From Chitinophaga pinensis (GTDB lineage Bacteria > Bacteroidota > Bacteroidia > Bacteroidales > GCA-2748055), in contig CAMAZH010000001.1 of assembly GCA_945863035.1 (NCBI GenBank), positions 42 through 64,041 of the forward strand: DNA of 64,000 bases. Reading direction: 5' to 3'. The stretch's first letter is position 1, and each line of letters starts with the position of its first letter. The notes below the pieces were generated by a model, which was not told the origin of the DNA, ran no database searches, and saw nothing but the letters and a program-made list of their open reading frames with translations. Made by a program: the position numbers and the translations under genes. Below are positions 56,345 to 64,000 of the stretch, in pieces.

Positions 56345-57298
56345 TTATTCTTTTGCGCTTTTTATTAACTTATCCTTCACGACATTATAATAAGCATAGG
56401 GGTCGTCGTTTGCATACTTGCGATTAGGATTGGTAACATTTTTTGTATCGTGAATTCCCCAGTGAATATTATCACAAGTATCGTCATACGAGCCAAAAAC
56501 ACTATAATGCTCAGCCTCTGTTACCCAATTTACCCGTTCTGTCCATTGTTGCTGGGTTAAAAATGTTGAGCTTCCCGGGTGTAACCCGGAAGTTGGACAT
56601 ACAAAACGTATTTTTCCATCTGAACTTTGCTGTTTATCACGATATCCCCAGCCATCTGTTGGAGTATCCTGGAAATCCTGATTATACTCGTGGGTTCCCC
56701 GATAGAATTTAGAAAGATAGGTTTTATGCTCACCCGGGGTGCCATTCCATAGTGTGTCAACTAATACACCGGGATAAAACATCGTAATCATTTTCCTGTT
56801 ATCACCAAAACCGTAAGTTCTGTAATGACTATCCTGTGCGTAATTTTCCCAGATATATTTTGCCTGGTTGTTCCAAAACTCTAAACTACCTACAGTTTTT
56901 ATATACGCCGGCATACCCTGTTCCATTCTCACAGCATCGGATACAACTGCCCCAATCATAATGAAATATTCCATCTTTTTTTCAGCACAAACGGTTCGTA
57001 TGTTGTCAATCATTGGTTTGAATTCATCCCACAATCGCGTCCATTGTGATGGATTTGTCATATCGATATATACGATATTAATACCGGCATTCTGGATATT
57101 TGAAAGTATTCCCCGAACCTGCTCAATATCTCCATAATCGTGTTTAGGTTCCCACTTCTCGTTTATTAAAAAAGGTCCCATGTTTGTGCCCCTGCAACAA
57201 ATCAGCAGGCCGGTAACAGGTTCGCCGGCTTGTAAATAATGCGGGTAAACACTTAAAATTAATACTATTAGCAGTAATAGTGTTCTTGCTTTGTTCAT
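56345..57298 (-). CDS. Secreted protein of unknown function; possibly a stand-alone, divergent relative (P4) of the P1-P3 core
   Basis: 317 aa with signal peptide MNKARTLLLLIVLILSVYPHYLQAG. The only similarity I can point to is NIQNAGINIVYIDMTN against AGVDF[VI]FFDFTN in P1-P3. Confidence 0.6.
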   Translation of the reverse strand: MNKARTLLLLIVLILSVYPHYLQAGEPVTGLLICCRGTNMGPFLINEKWEPKHDYGDIEQVRGILSNIQNAGINIVYIDMTNPSQWTRLWDEFKPMIDNIRTVCAEKKMEYFIMIGAVVSDAVRMEQGMPAYIKTVGSLEFWNNQAKYIWENYAQDSHYRTYGFGDNRKMITMFYPGVLVDTLWNGTPGEHKTYLSKFYRGTHEYNQDFQDTPTDGWGYRDKQQSSDGKIRFVCPTSGLHPGSSTFLTQQQWTERVNWVTEAEHYSVFGSYDDTCDNIHWGIHDTKNVTNPNRKYANDDPYAYYNVVKDKLIKSAKE

Positions 57299-57325
57299 CC
57301 TATTATTCCATTTATTGTTTTCTTA

Positions 57326-58345
57326 TTATTTTTCAATCACCCAAATATTTCGGTACTGCAAACAGTTAATGTGATCTTGTAAACCGATAGCGACTTTGCC
57401 GGCATTGGATTTTATTTCCTGTTGATTATGTATGATTATTCCATTCAACCGAACGGTTACAATTGCCTCTGATAGTTTAATGCCATCTGCATTAAAACGG
57501 GGCAGAGTTAAATCAACATCATAAGTTTGCCAATACAATGGAGGGCCTGCAGCATCCACTTTTGCGGGGTGAAGCTTATAAATAGAACCTGCCTCATCCC
57601 AATATCCTGGTAAGGCATAGCTGTTCAATATTTGAATCTCGCCAACGCCATGAAAAAACAGGCCACTATTTCCGCGTTCCTGACCTGTTTTACCAGGCTC
57701 AACAGGATAACGAAACTCCATGTGAAATTGCAGATCCCCAAATTCTTGTTTGGTTCGGATAGAGCCACCCAAACCGTTTTTTCGGTTTTCCCCATTGTTC
57801 CAAAATGACGAAACCGTTTCTAAAACACCATCTTTCAATTTCCAGGTTATGTTTTCATTACCGTCATCGTGTTTCCATTGCACTAAACTATTATGAGAAA
57901 GTAAATCAATAGCATTTTTTGGAGCAGGCATTCCCAGTGTTGGAGAAACGAAATTACTTTTCGACATTTTGAACCAGGTTTTATCGCCATGCAAATTGCC
58001 ATATCCGGTACAACTGTCGCCGGAGAAAGTAAAACTCCAGCCATCTTTCGTATAAACTAACTGCTGATTTTCTTCATTTACTTCAACATCGAGGTACAAT
58101 GTTGCCCGATTATACAATACTGGGAGTATATGAACCATGTAACGATTTCCATCAATCACATTTATTTGTGCGGCAATATTGGGATGTGCCACTTCATGAC
58201 CTCTTTTAGGATTAATCCACTGCCCCTTCCAATCGCCGATTAAGGGGTATTTGCTTGTCTCATCAAAACCTTGTTGTTCTGTGTTTTGTGCATAAAGCTG
58301 TATTGTTAAAAGCAATATTGCGAATGTTAAAAATTTCTGTTTCAT
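57326..58345 (-). CDS. Secreted DUF1080-family protein (3-keto-disaccharide hydrolase fold) with an extra N-terminal domain
   Basis: 339 aa with a signal peptide. Motifs: LVQWKHDDG...WKLKDGVLE, FGDLQFHMEFRY, GNSGLFFHGVGEIQILN, AGSIYKL, VAIGLQDHINCLQYRNIWVIEK. Confidence 0.8.
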   Translation of the reverse strand: MKQKFLTFAILLLTIQLYAQNTEQQGFDETSKYPLIGDWKGQWINPKRGHEVAHPNIAAQINVIDGNRYMVHILPVLYNRATLYLDVEVNEENQQLVYTKDGWSFTFSGDSCTGYGNLHGDKTWFKMSKSNFVSPTLGMPAPKNAIDLLSHNSLVQWKHDDGNENITWKLKDGVLETVSSFWNNGENRKNGLGGSIRTKQEFGDLQFHMEFRYPVEPGKTGQERGNSGLFFHGVGEIQILNSYALPGYWDEAGSIYKLHPAKVDAAGPPLYWQTYDVDLTLPRFNADGIKLSEAIVTVRLNGIIIHNQQEIKSNAGKVAIGLQDHINCLQYRNIWVIEK

Positions 58346-58358
58346 CTTACTTTTCTTT

Positions 58359-59702
58359 TTATAAATCCCATCCTTTCCGTGGCGTAGGATATCCGATTAA
58401 ATTAGATGCTTCTGCATTATTAATAATCTGTTTTGTTTGCGGATTTATTTTAAAACCCGAATTGATTTTTAAAGCAATAATTCCCCAAAGCATTGTTTCG
58501 GTTAAGCGACCACCATCATAAAACGAAGAACTGATTTTGGCTTCTCCTTTACACGCCAGAAGCCAATTATCGTAATGTCCATTCCAGTTACCGGGGTCCT
58601 CGTAAACAGCAAACTTTGGTTGTAATTCGGTGTGTTTTGAAGCTGGAATAAATCGCGGAGAACCAGAATGAGAATCCATAATAACCGTTGCCTCTGAGCC
58701 CACAATTACAGTTCCGCCCATAATATTTCCCATCTCTACTCCTTGTTCCAATCCACTTGGTCTGGGGGGTAAGAATTCACTTCCCTGATACCACGAAAAT
58801 TTCACTTTATTTCCAAATTTACTGTCAGGAAAAAGAAACGTAAGCTTCGCACTTTTCGGGAAAGATAAGTTACTAGACCCAGTGCTTTCAATTTCAATTT
58901 GTTCAGGACATCCAAGTCCAAGAGCACTATATGGAGCGTCCATATTATGGCAAGCAAAATCACCCAGAGCACCTAAGCCAAATTCATTCCATCCCCGCCA
59001 TTTTGCCGGCAAGTAGGCTTCGTTGTATTCGATTTCAGTGGCAGGTCCAAGCCATAAATCCCAGTTGAGACCTTCCGGAATACTTTGCTTTTCCGGGCGC
59101 AATACTTCAGCATCATTCCATCCGGCCTGTGTCCAGGCATAAACTTCGTTTACTTCACCCAAAAAACCTTTTTCAATCCATTCATTCAGTTGTTTAAATC
59201 CTGTACTCGAATGCCCCTGATTACCCATTTGACAAGCTAATCCAGTTTGCTTTTCCAGAGCCATCAAATCTCGCACTTCACGAATATTGTGGGCCAACGG
59301 TTTTTCGAGGTAAACATGTTTACCTTTCAACATGCAGTATTTGGCAATGTAATGGTGGGTGTGATCTGGTGTTGATATCACAACAGCGTCAATTTGTTTA
59401 CCCATTTTATCGAGCATTTCTCTGAAATCGTAAAATTTCTTTACATCGGGAAAAGCTTCAAAGGTTTTTGCGGCTATTCGATAATCCACATCAGCAAAGG
59501 CAATTATATTCATTAAAGGACTACTCTTCAGGATTTCAATTGCATGATGCCCTTTCCCCCCTGCTCCGATAAAAGCCACATTCAATTTATCGGAAAGGGC
59601 AGGTTTTCCTTTACACGATGTAATGATAGTTGGGGCTAAAAGAACTCCTGAAGTGATAATTGCACTTTTTTTTAGAAAGGACCTGCGTTTCAAATTTTCC
59701 AT
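58359..59702 (-). CDS. TAT-exported Gfo/Idh/MocA-family oxidoreductase
   Basis: 447 aa. Twin-arginine signal: KRRSFLKKSAIITSGVLLAP. Rossmann block: LNVAFIGAGGKGHHA. Also present: TPDHTHH and KHVYLEKPLA. It sits 13 nt upstream of the DUF1080 gene. Confidence 0.85.
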   Translation of the reverse strand: MENLKRRSFLKKSAIITSGVLLAPTIITSCKGKPALSDKLNVAFIGAGGKGHHAIEILKSSPLMNIIAFADVDYRIAAKTFEAFPDVKKFYDFREMLDKMGKQIDAVVISTPDHTHHYIAKYCMLKGKHVYLEKPLAHNIREVRDLMALEKQTGLACQMGNQGHSSTGFKQLNEWIEKGFLGEVNEVYAWTQAGWNDAEVLRPEKQSIPEGLNWDLWLGPATEIEYNEAYLPAKWRGWNEFGLGALGDFACHNMDAPYSALGLGCPEQIEIESTGSSNLSFPKSAKLTFLFPDSKFGNKVKFSWYQGSEFLPPRPSGLEQGVEMGNIMGGTVIVGSEATVIMDSHSGSPRFIPASKHTELQPKFAVYEDPGNWNGHYDNWLLACKGEAKISSSFYDGGRLTETMLWGIIALKINSGFKINPQTKQIINNAEASNLIGYPTPRKGWDL

Positions 59703-59846
59703 TATTCTATTTATTAGGGTTTTACATAATAATTTTAAAATGATACTCTCCAGCTGTCATTGTTGATCTACCTTGGGACAAGCCCGGTAAAGATTCCGCC
59801 ATAAATTTCACCCATGTGTGATTCGCATTTTGTTCTCCTTCATATA

Positions 59847-62012
59847 TTATTTTGTTCTATAGATCTTCCCATGATAAGGTTTTAGACTCAAATTAAAATC
59901 CACTCCCAATTCCGAAATATTGCCCGTAATTGGATCCCATTCCTCAAAATTCCCTTTTAGATTAAATGCAAGGTTTGTTGTGATTTCATTATTAGAATCA
60001 TTAATAATAAAAACCACCTCATGACCATCTATATTTTTGTGTGCCAGTCGGATAGGCAACATATCGTTTTCAACTGAAACGGGTTTTTCGAGCCAGTTAT
60101 TCAGATGGCCGTTTAGCTTATCTGCTGTCCAGTCTGTCATAAAAACAATGTTTTTGTTTTCATTGAAAAGGTTCTCAAATGTTTGCTGAACCCGGGTATC
60201 AGGAAAATTAATTTCAGAATTTACGGGTTTTCCTTCGATTGCAATTATTTTTCCACCCTGTTTGACAAATGTTTCCAATTGCTTCCAGGCTGCCTCGGGA
60301 AGTGTACTTACATAGGGCAGTACCAAAACTTTAAATTGGAGATTGTTGTGGACTAAAAGGCCATTCTCAACTTTACTGTCGATAATAGCCTGAGCATCGA
60401 GGTGGGTGTATTCCCAGCAGTTTTCAAACATAAATCGCGATACTCCCTGAAAAGTCTTGTCGATACTATTCACTTTTTCCCGTGCTCCTGTAACATCGTT
60501 CCAACCGGCTACCCTGTGATAACGGGGCATAAATTCGGTCCACAGGGTTTCAATAGGATAAACTACTCCAATTTCTGAAGCAACATGCCCGCCTTGCAAA
60601 AGCATTTGAATTCTACCCACATATTTATTCATTTCAATCCGCTCCTCCTGTGTTGAATTGTTCATTTCTAAATAGCAATTGAAATCAGTAATCCCGCCCT
60701 GCATAAGCATGTTTAAATGCCCGCGAACTTCAGGTGTTTTTGGGTCCAATCCATTAAAAAGTGGCCAGTCGGCAACCGGGCAGGGTTCGCTCATTACATG
60801 CGTTCCGCCCATTAATTCCGCGGCACTCGATGCCAGTTTTGGGGTGTGAACCGGCATATTTTCGGGCAAACAACTTAATATATCAATACCCGGAGCATGC
60901 ATTTCGCGGAAACATTTCATAATATCGCCATAAAGCGGAACGTGTGCTATCATAGATTCTTCCAGCAACAAATGCCCACCCGACAGGAGATTATGCTCCA
61001 CACACCAGTCTTTAATTTTTCTGTAGAAATTATTGGATGTCAAATCGGCAACCGTATGAAAATACTGGTAACGTATTTTTTGACCAACCGGCCCATCATC
61101 ATAAAATAGTTCTATCAACTTATCTTCCGGTTTATAACCATAGCGTTTTTCTATTTCTTCAGAGAGCAATTCTTTCCACGGGAGGATGGCATGGCGATCT
61201 TTGTAACTGTGGAATTGCAACGCCATTAACGAAGGTTCGTCGGTAAAGGTTGAGGTAAAATATTTGCCCAAATCCGTACCCATTGTTTTAGCATAAACAT
61301 CATGAGTAACCCGGATAAAAGCTTCTGTTGGTTCTGGTATTAACAATGAAGGATAGTGAGAGCCTAATTTGCTCCCGTCTTTATCGGCAGCCTGGTAACC
61401 TTCGTACAGGCGGTATTTGGTTGCTGCAAAGATGTTCCAACTACCTTTTGGTGCATTCCATTTTAAAACATCCCCTTTATACAAATCAAGCAAATCAACA
61501 GGATTCTTATAATCAGTTGTTCCATCTGTTACCGGAAAGGCTTTTATGATGAAAGGTTCTCCCCAGGGCAATAAAAAATTAGTATTTCCTTCGGCAACTA
61601 AAGTGTCTTTCATATAAATTGCCAGGGCCTCCCATTTGGGATTTTCCATGATAACCAAATCACCGGCATTGCCAGATGGATAGCCATGTTCATCGTATAA
61701 CCACAAATCCATTCCTTTGGCTTTGGCTTTTTCGCAGAAACTCAGAGTAGCTTCCAACCCTTTTTCAGTGAGGTATTCTTCATAAGGCGTATTTAGTGTA
61801 AAACCTCCCCAGCCGTTGGCAAGTGTGGCTTCAATCACAGAATCCTGTTTTGCGGATTCGAGGGGGAAACTGTGGAAATTAAGGTTCATCCGGTATTCCA
61901 AAGGTGGATTTCTAAAGGCTTCCCGAAGATTTACTTCAGATGGCTTTGAACATCCAAACAATAAAAACATCAGACTTAAAATCCAAATAGGTTGTAGGTT
62001 TTCTGTTTTCAT
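59847..62012 (-). CDS. Lipoprotein, putative glycoside hydrolase of unassigned family
   Basis: 721 aa. Lipobox: LMFLLFGCS. N-terminal block: FRNPPLEYRMNLN...LANGWGGFTLNTPYEEYL...AKGMDLWLYDEHGYPSGNAG. This is reminiscent of GH106-like 'glycosyl hydrolase' proteins, but the protein is much shorter than GH106 enzymes. The family call is not secure. Confidence 0.6.
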   Translation of the reverse strand: MKTENLQPIWILSLMFLLFGCSKPSEVNLREAFRNPPLEYRMNLNFHSFPLESAKQDSVIEATLANGWGGFTLNTPYEEYLTEKGLEATLSFCEKAKAKGMDLWLYDEHGYPSGNAGDLVIMENPKWEALAIYMKDTLVAEGNTNFLLPWGEPFIIKAFPVTDGTTDYKNPVDLLDLYKGDVLKWNAPKGSWNIFAATKYRLYEGYQAADKDGSKLGSHYPSLLIPEPTEAFIRVTHDVYAKTMGTDLGKYFTSTFTDEPSLMALQFHSYKDRHAILPWKELLSEEIEKRYGYKPEDKLIELFYDDGPVGQKIRYQYFHTVADLTSNNFYRKIKDWCVEHNLLSGGHLLLEESMIAHVPLYGDIMKCFREMHAPGIDILSCLPENMPVHTPKLASSAAELMGGTHVMSEPCPVADWPLFNGLDPKTPEVRGHLNMLMQGGITDFNCYLEMNNSTQEERIEMNKYVGRIQMLLQGGHVASEIGVVYPIETLWTEFMPRYHRVAGWNDVTGAREKVNSIDKTFQGVSRFMFENCWEYTHLDAQAIIDSKVENGLLVHNNLQFKVLVLPYVSTLPEAAWKQLETFVKQGGKIIAIEGKPVNSEINFPDTRVQQTFENLFNENKNIVFMTDWTADKLNGHLNNWLEKPVSVENDMLPIRLAHKNIDGHEVVFIINDSNNEITTNLAFNLKGNFEEWDPITGNISELGVDFNLSLKPYHGKIYRTK

Positions 62013-62147
62013 TTTAAATAATTATTAGTTTTTGAATTTGTATTTTTTCAGGATTTACAGACCTGACCAAATAAACTAATGCTTTAAGATTGTCAACCTG
62101 AATTTCTAAATTGAAAATTATTCCACAAAATATGCATGACAAATTTC

Positions 62148-62417
62148 CTATTCAATTATATCTATCTCCGCCAAAGAAATAAAATCTTGTTGTATATGTG
62201 ACGTTATAAACCTGATGTAGCGGTAAGTTGAAGGTGTTTTAAACCACATCTCTTTAGGCATTTTATTGGTAGCACCCCACCAGTTTACAGTGCCTTTCAC
62301 CTGACCCCAGTTGGATTTGTCGTTTGAACAATAGATCGTGTAATTGTTAAAACGGCCGTCTACTTTATCCTGACTGGGGATGAATCGTATGCCTCTGAAT
62401 GTTTTAGCTTTTTTCAT
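62148..62417 (-). pseudogene. Orphan C-terminal two-thirds of an F5/8 type C (discoidin/CBM32-like) domain; probable gene remnant
   Basis: 89 aa: FRGIRFIPSQDKVDGRFNNYTIYCSNDKSNWGQV...YRYIRFITSH...LAEIDII. It has no signal peptide. The N-terminal ~45 residues of the domain are absent. There is no attached catalytic module. Confidence 0.45.
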
Positions 62418-62453
62418 AGCATTCGTGTTACGTCATTATAATTTAGTTGTGCA

Positions 62454-64000
62454 TCACCATATTTTTATTTTCACAAGACCTGAAGCATCAATTTCAAAAG
62501 GTCCCGGTACAGGATTGTTTACATTTCTTTTGTTGCCGAGGTAATCTGTATCGATAGTTATAGGCGTGCCATCCGGGTTTTCAAAATAACAACCTGTAAT
62601 AATCGCTTTCCCCAAAAATTCTGTAGTTATCAAAGGATTATTCATGTTCAGAATCTCCTGGGGATACTTTACTGACAATATCGTTTCTCCATTCTGTTTA
62701 ATCACTTCAATAGTAGCATTAAATTCATTGAGATACAGACTGTTTTTTTCATCCTGATAGGGTCGTGTTCCTTGATAATATACATTGGATTCAATAAACA
62801 TAGGCAGTTCTATATTATTTTCATATACATTCAAGCTATAATCCAGCGATCCCCAGTGTTCATGAACAAATAAATAATCCGTATCATTTGTATCTTTTGG
62901 AGCGAAAATATTATTGTAATAACGGGTATCTCCAAGCTTGATTTTTTTTACGTCAACAAGTTCTGTCGAATGGGCTTTAAAATAGGGTGTTTCCCTGCCT
63001 TGTGGCAAACAATTTAATCGTCCACCAATCAGATTATGAACAAATGTACCCCCGCTTGACCAATCCCAAATAGCAACAGGAGACAAAAAAATATTATTAT
63101 CGACCAAATAGGGTCCATGATCTACCTCTGTGAAAAAATCTTCCTTATCATTGTTATATAAAAGATTTCCCGTAATTCTTGTTCCCTGTGCCATCCAATC
63201 AAGCCATATGCCTTCATAGGTATTGTGAATATGATTATTTTTGATTAATACATCAATAGCGGCATGTAGTTTAATTCCACCTTTCTCTGCACCGTCAAAC
63301 TGCCTTTTATTAAATATGTTATAAATATGATTTCCTTCTATCGTGCTGAATATAGCACCCAGACTGCCGCAAATACCGGCTACTTCACAATCAAAAATTA
63401 CATTATTGCGAACCATATGCGATCCGATAGTATCTTTGTTCCAACCTCGTTTCAACGCTTTATTAATAACATCAACATACAACCATGCCCCATCTTTTTC
63501 CGGATTTAATGTCCACACATTATGCCCGGTAGCTCGGTCTTTTCCTAACGTAATGGCTACACAACGGGAGTTGGAAATAGTATTATTTTCGATAATCCAT
63601 CCCTTACTCCAGTTAGTTCCAATCAGTCCTACCTGTTCTGCAGTTGGTGCCGCCCAATTTGTTGCAGCTTGTGTCATGTGAAAACCCTGTATGGTGATAT
63701 AGTTTATATAATTACTATCCGGATAAAAGCAAGCCTTTCTTGCATTTATTTCAACCAGTTCATGATTCGGGTCAGCTCCATTGAAATTGGCATATATTGA
63801 TGTGTTTTCATCATTGCTCTCGCAAAACCAAAACAATGTTGACCCCTGTGGGTCTCTTCTTGATTTATATGGATTCGGATGAATTAATTTGTGCAGAGAA
63901 TCCATTTCATACATAGACAATCCGTTCAGATAAACATCCCCGGTATGATGCTTTTGTCCATTGGGGGCAAACCAATCTCCCCAGATAGAATCCTGATAAG
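62454..64000 (-). CDS. Right-handed parallel beta-helix repeat protein (candidate polysaccharide lyase/hydrolase); the N-terminus lies beyond the right window edge
   Basis: The track starts the ORF at a TTG (63920). The frame stays open upstream to position 64000 (...YQDSIWGDWFAPNGQKHHTGDVYLNGLSMYEMD). Beta-helix turns: IENNTISNSRCVAITLG, VRNNVIFDCEVAGICG, IEGNHIYN, IKNNHIHNTYEGIWLD, ITGNLLYNN, VDNNIF. It ends KIKIW*. Confidence 0.75.
   Translation of the reverse strand, partial: YQDSIWGDWFAPNGQKHHTGDVYLNGLSMYEMDSLHKLIHPNPYKSRRDPQGSTLFWFCESNDENTSIYANFNGADPNHELVEINARKACFYPDSNYINYITIQGFHMTQAATNWAAPTAEQVGLIGTNWSKGWIIENNTISNSRCVAITLGKDRATGHNVWTLNPEKDGAWLYVDVINKALKRGWNKDTIGSHMVRNNVIFDCEVAGICGSLGAIFSTIEGNHIYNIFNKRQFDGAEKGGIKLHAAIDVLIKNNHIHNTYEGIWLDWMAQGTRITGNLLYNNDKEDFFTEVDHGPYLVDNNIFLSPVAIWDWSSGGTFVHNLIGGRLNCLPQGRETPYFKAHSTELVDVKKIKLGDTRYYNNIFAPKDTNDTDYLFVHEHWGSLDYSLNVYENNIELPMFIESNVYYQGTRPYQDEKNSLYLNEFNATIEVIKQNGETILSVKYPQEILNMNNPLITTEFLGKAIITGCYFENPDGTPITIDTDYLGNKRNVNNPVPGPFEIDASGLVKIKIW

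Noticed and set aside
1-64000. I looked for a mobile element or genomic island bounded by integrase or transposase genes or by tRNA-flanking direct repeats.
   Set aside because: No integrase, transposase, relaxase or phage-like ORFs are present and no tRNA is in the window. The four gene remnants and the inverted repeat argue for past rearrangement, but not for a definable mobile element here.

Overview
The window is a Bacteroidota-type glycan-utilisation supercluster with no rRNA, tRNA, CRISPR array, transposase or integrase that I could recognise. The phylum call rests on a SusC/SusD pair, a hybrid two-component regulator, an ECF sigma/anti-sigma pair, seven type-A T9SS C-terminal sorting domains and a TAnnTTTG promoter box. 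There are three blocks. (1) Positions 1-17075, minus strand: an HTCS regulator, a non-SusC TonB-dependent receptor with no SusD partner, a T9SS beta-helix protein, a GH29 fucosidase, a clan GH-A-like hydrolase that runs off the left edge and is absent from the ORF track, and a 960-aa T9SS protein with an unassigned core. (2) Positions 18191-35259, plus strand: ECF sigma, FecR anti-sigma, an STN-bearing SusC and SusD. These are followed by two tandem exported Gfo/Idh/MocA oxidoreductases, an MFS transporter, an MttB-superfamily-like protein, a ROK kinase and a double-SIS protein. The block ends with a DUF1080 (3-keto-disaccharide-hydrolase fold) gene paired with a TAT-type oxidoreductase. (3) Positions 35405 to beyond 64000, minus strand: a 28-kb co-directional array. 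It holds giant T9SS cargo proteins (1397, 867, 1511, 1160 and 880 aa) built from CBM6/35-like, PA14, Ig-like and FN3 modules. It also holds two GH78 rhamnosidases, one GH43, a second DUF1080/oxidoreductase pair, an unassigned lipoprotein hydrolase and a beta-helix protein. Most worth follow-up: (a) an unassigned TIM-barrel-like catalytic module present in three, possibly four, paralogous copies; (b) the MttB-like gene translationally coupled into a sugar-catabolic operon with no corrinoid partner in view; (c) a 132-bp inverted repeat (116/132 identical) bracketing the ECF sigma gene, with each arm sitting just upstream of an operon start; (d) a heavy investment in periplasmic oxidoreductase/DUF1080 pairs, suggesting oxidative (3-keto) glycoside cleavage; (e) four gene remnants at block junctions. 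All family assignments come from motif reading by eye; no database search was run.
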